DNA of 64,000 nt from Candidatus Kaiserbacteria bacterium RIFOXYB1_FULL_46_14. GTDB lineage: Bacteria; Patescibacteriota; Minisyncoccia; Phycocordibacterales; UBA918. Location: positions 21,074-85,073 of the forward strand of contig MFMS01000006.1 in assembly GCA_001783525.1 (NCBI GenBank). The letters are read 5' to 3'. A program made the position numbers and the translations under genes. Below the pieces are notes generated by a model. It was not told where the DNA came from and ran no database searches. It was given only the letters and a program-made list of their open reading frames with translations. Below are positions 48,100 through 57,507 of this stretch, piece by piece. Every line of letters begins with the position of its first letter. The stretch's first letter is position 1.

Positions 48100-48345
48100 A
48101 TGAACAAGTTGTTTGCAATCGCATTAGTCCTCGTCACCGCTTTTGCCGTCTCGGCCGAGGCTGGCTCGTACGAAGCCTGCAAATCTCAGGCACGCTCTGG
48201 TCCTCTCAAGGGTTCCACCAAGATCGCCACCGTGTGGAACGGCGGCGGTAACACGAGGGTGGCTTGGTACCATAAAAAGTACAAAGACCCGAAAACCGGA
48301 AAGGTCTACCAGGGATGTGTCCGTTTTACGATCGTTCCGAAATAG
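48100..48345 (+). CDS. Small secreted hypothetical protein (81 aa)
   Basis: Signal peptide MNKLFAIALVLVTAFAVSAEA. Consensus promoter plus strong SD upstream. Terminator hairpin ggcccggctgaatctcagttgggcc + T-run downstream. Confidence 0.6.
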   Translation: MNKLFAIALVLVTAFAVSAEAGSYEACKSQARSGPLKGSTKIATVWNGGGNTRVAWYHKKYKDPKTGKVYQGCVRFTIVPK

Positions 48346-48423
48346 CAACGTGCACGACACGTTTTCTAAAGGCCCGGCTGAATCTCAGTTGGGCCTTTTA
48401 TCAACATAAATAAAAAGTGTTTT

Positions 48424-48448
48424 CTGTACATTGTCGTACAATGTACAG
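48424..48448. promoter_or_regulatory. Perfect 10-5-10 inverted repeat abutting the start codon of gene 48451
   Basis: ctgtacattg-tcgta-caatgtacag, ending 2 nt before ATG 48451. Candidate operator or translation-sequestering hairpin. Confidence 0.45.
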
Positions 48449-48450
48449 AT

Positions 48451-49956
48451 ATGGTCACTAAAAAAAATAAAAAAATAAATCCCCTAGATCTTTTTAGTAA
48501 AGTAGGTTTATTGGGTTTATCTTTAAACACAATTCGGGCACATGCGGAAGGAGAGGGTCCTGGTGGTGGTGGTACAGATCAACAATCAGTAACAGAAGGA
48601 GATACTATACCTGGCACAGACGTTACAGCGACTGTGGGCGAGACATATGGTGTGGATTACAACGGTGACGGTTTAAATGATGTGAGTTTCGATGTTACCC
48701 CTCAACCTTCGACCCCATTCCTAGTAGTTTGGAATGGTGAGAAGTTTGTGCATGAAAATGATTTTCTTTTTGGTAAGCCGAACACTGTCTTTGCCAATTA
48801 CAAAGTTGGTTTGAAAAAATACGAACAGGGTATTGGCGGCGACACCTATTTGCTTAGTGACCAGCTCAAGACCGACAAAGACGGAAATTTGAAGATGCAG
48901 ATCCGTGAACTAGAGCCAGAGGAGTCATATATAGATAAGTTTGAAATTGGAGCGCTCGATTTGAAAGAAAGTGAGCACTACGTAGTCGATGGCAACTTAG
49001 TGGATAGTTATATTTTTGATACCCAAGAGGCTAAGGCGGTAGCAGGGGAGATGCATCACTACCACTCTAAACAAAATGTTTTCACAGCAGTCGAGGGTGC
49101 TTATACCAGCCTCACACCAAAAGATGGCGAGAGCATAACCATGCAGGCAGGCGATGAACTTGTTATCCGTGTGTCGAAAGCCCAACTAGATCCGGCGGTG
49201 GATACTTACGTCTTGGTTGATTCTCATTTCCGCGACTGGTCTCTTGGCGATCAGGTGCCTTTCTCTCGCTTGGAAAGATTTATGATTCAGAGTGTTGCTC
49301 TTGGTCAACGTAGCGCGACGGCAGTAGCGGGGGCGGCGATGCTGGCCTCGATCGCCTTTGTCGGCATTACTAAGACCGATTCTGACACCTTGGCCAAACT
49401 GCTTAATGTTCCGCATAGCTATGCCGACTACACCATTGGTGATCCAACGAGGTCTCTCGTCATCTCTGCTGGTGATAGTTTCGGTCAGACTTACTTGCAG
49501 ACCCTCTTTCCACGTTATGTACAAGCCGCACAAGAGGTAGTGCGTATTCCAAAAGATGTGATTGCTAATCTGAAAGACGAGTTTCTCACTCTTCGTGTCA
49601 AAGCTACCAAGAAACATAAGGTGCGCGCTGCCTTTGCTTTCCAGGGCACTGCTCACATTCCAAAGATAGAGACTTTATCACTACAAAAACTTGCAGACAC
49701 CAAAACTGGTGCAGACTATACAGAACAAATGAAGGAGAAGAATGGTGTTTTCCTCCACACAATTCCTGGTGATGTACTTGATTTAGTAATCAAAGATACT
49801 CCGAAAGTAGCCAATACTAAGAGACGCTATGTCTTACGCGCTAATGGTTTTTACACTCGTATGTCTGCGAAGACGACCGCAATTGTGGGAAAGAATTGGT
49901 TGGAACGCCTAGCCCCAGAAGATCGCAATCTGCTTAAAGGCCTCCGCTTGTCTTAA
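48451..49956 (+). CDS. Hypothetical secreted protein (501 aa)
   Basis: Lys-rich N-terminus followed by a hydrophobic segment. No recognisable domain. Confidence 0.5.
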   Translation: MVTKKNKKINPLDLFSKVGLLGLSLNTIRAHAEGEGPGGGGTDQQSVTEGDTIPGTDVTATVGETYGVDYNGDGLNDVSFDVTPQPSTPFLVVWNGEKFVHENDFLFGKPNTVFANYKVGLKKYEQGIGGDTYLLSDQLKTDKDGNLKMQIRELEPEESYIDKFEIGALDLKESEHYVVDGNLVDSYIFDTQEAKAVAGEMHHYHSKQNVFTAVEGAYTSLTPKDGESITMQAGDELVIRVSKAQLDPAVDTYVLVDSHFRDWSLGDQVPFSRLERFMIQSVALGQRSATAVAGAAMLASIAFVGITKTDSDTLAKLLNVPHSYADYTIGDPTRSLVISAGDSFGQTYLQTLFPRYVQAAQEVVRIPKDVIANLKDEFLTLRVKATKKHKVRAAFAFQGTAHIPKIETLSLQKLADTKTGADYTEQMKEKNGVFLHTIPGDVLDLVIKDTPKVANTKRRYVLRANGFYTRMSAKTTAIVGKNWLERLAPEDRNLLKGLRLS

Positions 49957-49973
49957 GAGTTAAATTATTATCT

Positions 49974-51038
49974 ATGTTTGAATTAATAAAACAAAAAATA
50001 CCATCGCTCACATCTATCGCGGGTTCAATAGTGGCGATCGTGGTGGTGCTAGGTGTGTACGGAATATGGCAGTTTGTCTGGCCGTCAATCAGTATCAACA
50101 AACTTGGAACAGAAAATCTTTCTGGAAGACTTGTTTACAGTGGCATGCAAAAAGCGGGTGAGCTTGCACCGAAGACTTATAGTTTGATCCTTGATAACAA
50201 TGATATGAAGGTAGTGAATGAAAGTAAGCGCTTCAAAGTCCTTTCTAGTAACGCTGTTGAGTTTGCTACATCAAGCAACAGTAAGGATTTTTTCTTCATG
50301 GACTTAGCCTTTGATAATTCTTCTGGTACCAGCACTGTGGTTAAGCGTGTCATGCATGCGATTTTTCCAGACACATTGGAGGTAGTAACCCGAGGTGTGC
50401 CAGAACAATACGGCACGATGTCTTGGTCTCCGAATCTTAGAATGCTGGCACTGAGCATAGCGCGAGAAAACCTAGATGGACAGGCAAAGGTTTCTACTTT
50501 GAACTGGAAGGTCTTACTTACTAACGAAAGTGGGGAAGTGCAACTCGAAATACCTGATGCAGCCAACCCAGTTTGGATGCCAAACAGTAACCTACTCCTA
50601 TATCTTCGATCTGACGGAATTTATGCTTACGATACATTGATCGGAGCTGAACAGCGTGTCCTCAGCTTCTTAGATGAAAGTGAACAACCGTTTTCCGCTG
50701 TTGTCAGCATTATGTTCGAGGTGTCACCCGATGGTCGTAAATTGGTTTTGACAACTCCCGGCACTGGAAACATCAGTGTCTATGAAGTGTCGGCCACTAT
50801 GGATGTGACGAAGTTGTATTCACGAGAAAACCAATCAGTGAATTATTCTTGGCCAGTGGTTTCACCTGATGGAATGTCTTACGCGGTCATTGCTAGAGAC
50901 ATTGTAGATGGCGCTTTTGCTAATCCAAGAATTGAGTTTTACCCGATCAGTGATGAGAAGCAGGGAGTTATAGGCGCATATCCCCTAAACGGATTTAATC
51001 CTTCTCGTGTTTACCTGGACGACTGGGTTAGTAACTAA
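49974..51038 (+). CDS. Membrane-anchored PD40/TolB-like beta-propeller repeat protein
   Basis: N-terminal TM helix; repeated W/SPDG-type motifs (WSPNLRMLALS, VSPDGRKLVLT, VSPDGMSYAV). Confidence 0.4.
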   Translation: MFELIKQKIPSLTSIAGSIVAIVVVLGVYGIWQFVWPSISINKLGTENLSGRLVYSGMQKAGELAPKTYSLILDNNDMKVVNESKRFKVLSSNAVEFATSSNSKDFFFMDLAFDNSSGTSTVVKRVMHAIFPDTLEVVTRGVPEQYGTMSWSPNLRMLALSIARENLDGQAKVSTLNWKVLLTNESGEVQLEIPDAANPVWMPNSNLLLYLRSDGIYAYDTLIGAEQRVLSFLDESEQPFSAVVSIMFEVSPDGRKLVLTTPGTGNISVYEVSATMDVTKLYSRENQSVNYSWPVVSPDGMSYAVIARDIVDGAFANPRIEFYPISDEKQGVIGAYPLNGFNPSRVYLDDWVSN

Positions 51039-51048
51039 ATAAAAAATA

Positions 51049-51085
51049 AAAAAGCGCTGCGTTAGACGCAGCGCTTTTTTATTTT
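51049..51085. terminator. Bidirectional rho-independent terminator
   Basis: aaaaagcgctgcg-ttag-acgcagcgctttttt between convergent genes. Confidence 0.8.
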
Positions 51086-51095
51086 GCACTCCTCT

Positions 51096-52415
51096 TTATT
51101 TTGCTAGAGCAGCTAGTTCTTCTTTCACCACTTCGGCGTCACTCCATTTTTTCTTTGTATTGTTAGGACCCATGATGTAAGGGTCGGTTCCTTTGCCGGA
51201 AATTATCACGTAGTCGCCGTGCTTAGCCTCTTCTAGCGCGTTGCGAATAGCCAGGCGGCGATCCATTATGATGTCTAGTTTTGATTTGTCAGTAATACCA
51301 TTGGCCATTTCTTCCAATATCTTTCGTGGGTTTTCATCATAAGGGTCTTCGTTGGTGAGAATCACTCGATCGCAGTATTTGTCTGCGATAGCTCCCATTT
51401 CTGGGCGTTTCCAACGATCGCGGCCGCCGCCAGTATTGCCAAGTACGCACACTTTTGAAACATCCTTGAATGCTTGGTAGAGCTTTTCTAAAGAATCAGG
51501 AGTATGGGCATAGTCCACCACTGCGGTGATCTGTTTACCTGCTCCGGAGGGGCTGTAAAAATGTTCGACGCGGCCGTTGACGGGAGGGAGGGTACCAAGA
51601 GCTTTTTCGATAGAACGCCAAGGTATATTGAGTGCTCTCGTTAATGTAATAGCAGCTAGCGCGTTATAGACATTGAAGAGTCCGACCAAGGGTACGCGAA
51701 TGGTTATTTCCTCACCGACATCTTTAAAAATCAGACCAATACCATCTTTGTGTAAGGTGTGAAGTTCCAAGGAATGCAAAGAAAACGGCAGTTTTTCCTC
51801 GGTATCAATTTTTAGAAAATCAGCGCCGTGTTCATCGTCAGTGTTGGCTACAATGTAGCGGGGTCGTTTGGGAGATTTTTCCAGTCCTTTAGCGATCGAT
51901 AACTTAGCCTCTTTGTATCGCAGGAAAGAGCCGTGCGACTCTATGTGTTCGGGGGTTAGGTTCGTGAAGACTAGCGCGTCTAGTTCAATGAAGCGGTGAC
52001 GATATTGTTTGGCACCCTCCGATGTCATCTCAATCACAGCGTGTGTACAACCTGCCGCCGCTGCGTCGCGGAGAAATTTTTGCACAAAGAAACGACCAGG
52101 GGTGGTCATTTTGTAGAGATTGGGTTTTGTTTCATTGCCAATCTTGAATTGGATTGTAGAAAGGGAAGCGGTCTTTATACCAGCGGTGGATAATATAGCG
52201 CTGATTAACTCCACGGTGGTGGACTTACCCTTTGTGCCTGTCACGGCAATAACGGTCAATTCACGAGATGGGTGGTGATAGAGTTTGTCTCCAAGCCAAG
52301 CTAGCGCCAAGTGGTATGGGGGACGGAGATGGTTGAGCACCTGTACCGGCAACATCCGTTTGCACCAATATAAGATTGTATCCATACAAGACAGTATAAA
52401 ATGAAAATCACTCAC
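51096..52415 (-). CDS. Mur ligase family protein (MurE-like)
   Basis: ATP-binding GTKGKSTT, central Mur ligase domain, C-terminal domain. Exact substrate specificity not assignable from sequence. Confidence 0.6.
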   Translation of the reverse strand: MSDFHFILSCMDTILYWCKRMLPVQVLNHLRPPYHLALAWLGDKLYHHPSRELTVIAVTGTKGKSTTVELISAILSTAGIKTASLSTIQFKIGNETKPNLYKMTTPGRFFVQKFLRDAAAAGCTHAVIEMTSEGAKQYRHRFIELDALVFTNLTPEHIESHGSFLRYKEAKLSIAKGLEKSPKRPRYIVANTDDEHGADFLKIDTEEKLPFSLHSLELHTLHKDGIGLIFKDVGEEITIRVPLVGLFNVYNALAAITLTRALNIPWRSIEKALGTLPPVNGRVEHFYSPSGAGKQITAVVDYAHTPDSLEKLYQAFKDVSKVCVLGNTGGGRDRWKRPEMGAIADKYCDRVILTNEDPYDENPRKILEEMANGITDKSKLDIIMDRRLAIRNALEEAKHGDYVIISGKGTDPYIMGPNNTKKKWSDAEVVKEELAALAK

Positions 52416-53912
52416 CGGCGAATTTATCTGAGTAGAGTAGAATATACATATATGAGATGGGTGGTTTGGCTTCTGGCAGGTTTGCTTTTCGGACTTGTTT
52501 CAGTAAGTCAGTTGTTTTGGTGGCTGGTTTTACCAGCCTTTGTATTGTTTATTTACGCCATTAGCAAAGCTGCCAGTTGGCGGGAAGTAATCATCGGCGG
52601 TCTCCTTGTCGGCACATTGAAATGTCTAGGAGGGTACTCATTTATCTGGGCGGCGTACCCGATGGCTTGGGTATCGTTAGGTCCGATTAGTCAGTTTATA
52701 TTTATCTTCATATACTGGCTTTCTACCGCCGCGGCTATGGGGCTCGGCGTAGTAGTGGCTGCAGCCGCGGCGTTTTTTGTTTGGGGAAACCACCAAAAAT
52801 ATTTTTTGCTGGTCTTTCCAGTGATTTGGCTTTTGGGGGAGATACTTGGTTCATTTACAGCGTCAGTTATTTTGCTTGGTCCTGGTTCATACTTAAATAT
52901 CAATATCGGACATGGCTATGCGGGCCTCGCCTTGGCAAATATTTCTTTGTTTTATCCATTTGCGTCTTTAGGCGGAGTACAAGGACTAACCTTTGTCGCT
53001 GCCTTTATCGGAACACTAACTTATTTTGTTTGGACGCATAGAAATTGGTCTTGGCTTAAAAAAGTTTTTTGGTCAGGTTATGGCATCGCAGCTTTGCTGG
53101 TTCTTTATGCAGTTTTTCCGACGGCACCAGTGTCGGAGATGGGGAAGAAGGTTATTGCTATCGATACAAAATTTAGTACCAGCTTACTCAATTCTTCAGG
53201 AGGAGAGAAGATAAAAGCGAGGGAGGAGGTTGGCGCGGTTTTGGCGGCGGCCAAAACCGCGCCAACCATAATCCTCTTGCCGGAAGATGCCCGCCTGACT
53301 GATTATCTAGGAGGAGAAGAGAAAGCTTTGGCGTTTTTAGATTCAAAGATAAATAGCAACACACTAATAGTAGATAGTATGCGTGTGGATGAAGAAGATA
53401 GCGCGACCCTTCGGGCCGTCTATTATGATTTAGAAGATAGTGCGGTTTACACAACTGATAAGCAGTTTTTGACTCCGCAAGGAGAATACATCAGTTACCC
53501 ATTCATATGGGCTTTACGTCTCTTTGGACACGATAGAGAGATCGATCATATTTTGCAGAATCAAAATTATAAACCCGGCAAAATTACCGATTATCAACAA
53601 TTCCCAGCCGACTTACCAGGGTTTATGTTTTGTTTTGAGAGTTCGTCTGTTTTTGGACTTTCTAGATTAGTTGATTTACGCGAAAGTCCGTTAGTTTTAC
53701 ATGCCGTGTCACACTCGCGCTTTAATGATCCGCATATACTGCATTTCCAATTGGATTCGATGATAAGAGCACAAGCAATTTATACAAAAAAGAGTGTGGT
53801 ATCTGCCAACAATATGGCCAATAGCAAATTTTATGGGCCTGATGGACGTATAGTAAAAGGGGAAGTAATACTGAGTACTGAGTTTTTTGATTTGATAGAA
53901 TATAACCTTTGA
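52401..53912 (+). CDS. Apolipoprotein N-acyltransferase (Lnt)-like protein
   Basis: Polytopic N-terminal membrane domain plus C-terminal CN-hydrolase-like region (...TTDKQFLTPQGEYISYPF... resembles the Lnt YDKxHLVPFGEY). Confidence 0.45.
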   Translation: MKITHRRIYLSRVEYTYMRWVVWLLAGLLFGLVSVSQLFWWLVLPAFVLFIYAISKAASWREVIIGGLLVGTLKCLGGYSFIWAAYPMAWVSLGPISQFIFIFIYWLSTAAAMGLGVVVAAAAAFFVWGNHQKYFLLVFPVIWLLGEILGSFTASVILLGPGSYLNINIGHGYAGLALANISLFYPFASLGGVQGLTFVAAFIGTLTYFVWTHRNWSWLKKVFWSGYGIAALLVLYAVFPTAPVSEMGKKVIAIDTKFSTSLLNSSGGEKIKAREEVGAVLAAAKTAPTIILLPEDARLTDYLGGEEKALAFLDSKINSNTLIVDSMRVDEEDSATLRAVYYDLEDSAVYTTDKQFLTPQGEYISYPFIWALRLFGHDREIDHILQNQNYKPGKITDYQQFPADLPGFMFCFESSSVFGLSRLVDLRESPLVLHAVSHSRFNDPHILHFQLDSMIRAQAIYTKKSVVSANNMANSKFYGPDGRIVKGEVILSTEFFDLIEYNL

Positions 53913-53927
53913 TATAGTTAACTAATT

Positions 53928-54749
53928 ATGTTTCTCACAAAAATTTTTCTTCACAAAAAGGTTTTAACCGAAAAGCTTAAGAAGTTATTTGGTAACACTT
54001 CTGTAACGGTAGGGTTACTACTAACAGCCGCCGGTGTCGTTTTAGTCAGTGGGTATTTTTTGCAACCCGATTTGTCAGAGACTGCTGACCCTTTTGAGCT
54101 CGGTGAGTATTACTTCAACGCTTACGACACTCCAGACGGAAAGTATGATCTAAAGTTGGCGCGACAGTACTATACAAAAGCCATAGAAGAGGGATCAGAA
54201 AATCCGATGGTTTGGTATCAGCTAGGCCGAATTGATTTTTTGGAAGGTAACTATTCGGGCGCGCTGTATAAATTTGATAAGCAAATAGCTCTTTATGGCG
54301 AGCAGGTACCAAGTGTGTACTATATGAGGGGTTTGACCTATGGATACAAGGCCCGTAAAAGCGGCGACGCTTTAGATTGGCGGAAAGCAGAGGAAAACTT
54401 TTTGAAGCATTTAGAAGATAAACCAGAAAGCCCATGGACTCGTACCGATTTGTCATGGGTGTATTTTTCGCAAGGAAAATTTGCAGAAATGGTGCCTTTG
54501 CTTGAAGAGGGTCTAAGTTTTGAACCGCAAAATCCTTGGTTGCTCAATATGTATGGGTTGTCACTTATGAATACCGGCAGAAGAGAAGAGGCCCGCGCAC
54601 AGTTTGAACAAGCACTCGAGTTTGCTAGTTATTTAGATGAAGAAAGTTGGGGTCGCACCTATCCAGGTAATGATCCGGCCGCTTGGAAACAAGGTTTGGC
54701 AGAGTTTCAATCTCTAATCAAGAAAAATTTGGAGTTAACTAGTAAGTAG
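53928..54749 (+). CDS. TPR-repeat protein
   Basis: N-terminal TM/signal; several 34-aa TPR-like repeats (WYQLGRIDFLEGNYSGALYKFDKQI...). Confidence 0.5.
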   Translation: MFLTKIFLHKKVLTEKLKKLFGNTSVTVGLLLTAAGVVLVSGYFLQPDLSETADPFELGEYYFNAYDTPDGKYDLKLARQYYTKAIEEGSENPMVWYQLGRIDFLEGNYSGALYKFDKQIALYGEQVPSVYYMRGLTYGYKARKSGDALDWRKAEENFLKHLEDKPESPWTRTDLSWVYFSQGKFAEMVPLLEEGLSFEPQNPWLLNMYGLSLMNTGRREEARAQFEQALEFASYLDEESWGRTYPGNDPAAWKQGLAEFQSLIKKNLELTSK

Positions 54750-54825
54750 AGTACTCGCCCAGTTTGAAAAGTTAATCACAGGTGTTGTTATGAATTGTGA
54801 TACAAAGTAGTTATCATAATGTGTA

Positions 54826-56547
54826 ATGACAAAATCTAAATTAACGTTAATTACTGGTGTCGTGGCAACTTTTGCCGTTGCTATTTTAATAGCTGGTTCA
54901 GGGACGGAACAAAAACCTTTTCAGTCAGTAGAATTGAATTTGGCCGAAGTGTCGCCACTTGGTGAAAGTGCTGGCTATGCCGTACCAGCGTCGGGAGAAA
55001 CAGTCAGAGTGTATATTCCGAAGGCGTTGATTTCAGATAATGTAAACTGGACTTTTCGAAATGAAGAATACAGGGTAACTTATGGTCCTAAGAAAGCAGG
55101 CGCTGCCGACTTTTGTAAGCTTGAGAGTAAGGCTCCAGGCAGTAATGATTGGAAAAAGATAGATGAAGCCGGAGCTGGTAACACAAAAAACATAGCCCAA
55201 TCACCGGCGACACTTGGGACGTGGCATTATCGAGCAAGTTGCGGCATAAAAATTGACGTCTGTCAGACCTATCAAGTTTTTAATGAGCATACTTACTTTA
55301 AGTCTCTAAAAGCAAGTGGTTTGTTTAGTCTAAACTTTGAAACTCCATATGCTGAGGCTGGTGGTGGCGGGGCGAAATGTAACAAGAAATTCTACGGAGA
55401 CTGGGTGTACTTGAATCACAATGTTGTTCCCAAGCCTCCTGTGGCAGAGATCTCACAAAATAAAGCCACCACAGACAAGGGCGAATCCTTCACTGTTACT
55501 TACGGTCCTAAGCGAACTGGCTACGCCGGTGGAGTTGCTGATTCCTGTGTCTTACAGAGAATGGCACCAAGTCAAACAACGTGGGTCGAAGTGGACACCA
55601 GTGCCGGCCGTACTAATAACGTGTCGCAGACATTTAACACACTCGGTACTTGGAAGTATCGTGCACGTTGTAGCAATGACGGGGGTAATTCTAATTGGGT
55701 AGGTCTAAATCATGATGTTGTTCCCAAGCCTCCTGTGGCAGAGATCTCACAAAATAAATCCACCACAGACAAGGGCGAATCCTTCACTGTTACTTACGGT
55801 CCTAAGCGAACTGGCTACGCCGGTGGAGTTGCTGATTCCTGTGTCTTACAGAGACTCGCGCCAAGCCAAACAACTTGGGTCAATGTGGACACCAGTGCCG
55901 GCCGTACTAATAACGTGTCGCAAATGTTCAATACGGTCGGAACTTACCGCTATCGAGCACAATGTACCAATGATGGTGGTAGTTCCGCTTGGGTATCTCT
56001 GAATCACATAGTGGTGACTGACGGTACTGTACCTACGGTAATACTTGAAGTACGCAACGTAACTGCTGACGATGCTTGGACTAGCGGCAATATAAGTATC
56101 AACACCGGTGATCAGATAAACCTACGTTGGGATGGAAACAATGTTTCAACCTGTACCGGTAGCGCCTTCTCTACTGGTGGAGCGGTATCGGGCACAAATG
56201 CCAATGTCACCGAGCCAACAGCAAATAGCAGCCGCACTTACACAGTGAACTGTACGGGTACTAACGGCGCGGCTTCGGACTCTCTATCTGTTAGTTTGGG
56301 CGTGGGCACAACGGGTGATGTTGATGTAGATCCAGACATAGTCCGCAAAGGTGACACTGTGGACGTAACCTGGACGGGCGCCACAGGAGCATGTACGCTC
56401 ACTGGACCTGGCGTCAACATGACTAACCTTGGACCATCAGGAAGTGTACAAGTGGTGATAAATGGCGAATCCACCTACACACTAACTTGTCCAGGTGGGG
56501 AAGATACCGCGACAGTGAAAGTGCTCCCAGTCATCCAAGAGACTTAA
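54826..56547 (+). CDS. Secreted protein with three tandem ~97-aa repeat domains (two nearly identical)
   Basis: Signal/TM N-terminus. Repeats VVPKPPVAEISQNK.TTDKGESFTVTYGPKRTGYAGGVADSCVLQR...NDGG.S.WV.LNH occur three times. Confidence 0.6.
   Translation: MTKSKLTLITGVVATFAVAILIAGSGTEQKPFQSVELNLAEVSPLGESAGYAVPASGETVRVYIPKALISDNVNWTFRNEEYRVTYGPKKAGAADFCKLESKAPGSNDWKKIDEAGAGNTKNIAQSPATLGTWHYRASCGIKIDVCQTYQVFNEHTYFKSLKASGLFSLNFETPYAEAGGGGAKCNKKFYGDWVYLNHNVVPKPPVAEISQNKATTDKGESFTVTYGPKRTGYAGGVADSCVLQRMAPSQTTWVEVDTSAGRTNNVSQTFNTLGTWKYRARCSNDGGNSNWVGLNHDVVPKPPVAEISQNKSTTDKGESFTVTYGPKRTGYAGGVADSCVLQRLAPSQTTWVNVDTSAGRTNNVSQMFNTVGTYRYRAQCTNDGGSSAWVSLNHIVVTDGTVPTVILEVRNVTADDAWTSGNISINTGDQINLRWDGNNVSTCTGSAFSTGGAVSGTNANVTEPTANSSRTYTVNCTGTNGAASDSLSVSLGVGTTGDVDVDPDIVRKGDTVDVTWTGATGACTLTGPGVNMTNLGPSGSVQVVINGESTYTLTCPGGEDTATVKVLPVIQET
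55423..56004 (+). repeat. Tandem direct repeat, 2 x 291 bp, >95% identical (an in-frame domain duplication)
   Basis: 55423-55713 versus 55714-56004. The track's alternative-frame ORFs 55421..55702 and 55712..56002 are artefacts of this repeat. Confidence 0.8.
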
Positions 56548-56560
56548 AATACAATACATA

Positions 56561-56605
56561 AAGCAAGACGGCGCGGGGCTTAAGCCCCGCGCCGTCTTGC
56601 TTTTT
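56561..56605 (+). terminator. Rho-independent terminator
   Basis: aagcaagacggcgcggggc-ttaa-gccccgcgccgtcttgcttttt. Confidence 0.85.
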
Positions 56606-56634
56606 CAGTAATAATCGGCTATATTTCTGCCATT

Positions 56635-56898
56635 ATGGCAATAACCAAAGGCGCTAAAAAGGCCAACCGATCAAGCTTGCGTAAGCGAGTGTTTAACTTG
56701 CGTCGCAAGAACACAATGGCCGACTCGGTCAAAGAAGTCCGTAAGCAGATTGTTGCCGGAACTAAGGCAGAAGCAGAAAAAAACTTATCAGCCGCCTACC
56801 AAGCTATCGATAAGGCTGCCAAGCGAGGCGTCATCAAGCCGAACACAGCTGCGCGTAAGAAGTCACGACTAGTAGCTGCTATCAACAAGATCAAATAG
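56635..56898 (+). CDS. rpsT: 30S ribosomal protein S20
   Basis: 87 aa, basic, ...KSSLRKRVFNLRRKN...AIDKAAKRGVIKPNTAARKKSRL. Confidence 0.88.
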   Translation: MAITKGAKKANRSSLRKRVFNLRRKNTMADSVKEVRKQIVAGTKAEAEKNLSAAYQAIDKAAKRGVIKPNTAARKKSRLVAAINKIK

Positions 56899-56966
56899 AT
56901 TCATAAACATCCTCGAAATGAGGATGTTTTTGTTTTTGTGCACAACAGCAATGTTAGAATATTGGG

Positions 56967-57440
56967 ATGTCAGATGATAGAACACACGCTATTGTTTGGG
57001 AGGCTCCCGAACATCGCCATTTTCACAAACCGAGCGACTGGTATTGGGCGCTTGGAATCATTGCGCTTTGTGGCGCAGTAGCAGCCTTCTTCTTTGGCAA
57101 CTTTATGTTTGCGGTTTTGATATTGGTAGGTGCGGCCGTAATGGCACTGCAGTCTGCCAAGCCACCGCGAATCGTACCTTTCATGGTTGGTACTCGCGGC
57201 GTACGTGCTGGGAATCAACTTTTTACTTACGGCTCGTTAGAGGCCTATCACATTGACGAAGAGGATGCCTTAGGGACACAGCTCCTACTTCGTTCCAAAC
57301 GGCTTTATATGCCACTTATCGTAATACCGATTCCTGACGAGTATATACATGAGATAGAGGACCTTTTACGAGAAAGATTAAAGGAAGAAGATCTAGAAGA
57401 ACCATTGGCACATAAGCTGTTGGAAATGGTTGGTTTTTAA
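56967..57440 (+). CDS. Hypothetical membrane protein
   Basis: Two TM helices after a His-rich N-terminus. Confidence 0.45.
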   Translation: MSDDRTHAIVWEAPEHRHFHKPSDWYWALGIIALCGAVAAFFFGNFMFAVLILVGAAVMALQSAKPPRIVPFMVGTRGVRAGNQLFTYGSLEAYHIDEEDALGTQLLLRSKRLYMPLIVIPIPDEYIHEIEDLLRERLKEEDLEEPLAHKLLEMVGF

Positions 57441-57467
57441 TTCTCGGGTTAAACCCAATTAACAAAG

Positions 57468-57500
57468 AAAACGAAAGCGCCCTTAGGCGCTTTCGTTTTC
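57468..57500. terminator. Bidirectional terminator hairpin
   Basis: aaaacgaaagcgcc-ctta-ggcgctttcgtttt. Confidence 0.75.
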
Positions 57501-57507
57501 TATATTG

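Noticed and set aside
55421-56002. Two 93-96-aa plus-strand ORFs (55421..55702, 55712..56002) nearly identical to each other
   Set aside because: They are an alternative reading frame of the 291-bp tandem repeat inside gene 54826-56547. The in-frame repeat protein is the coherent product.
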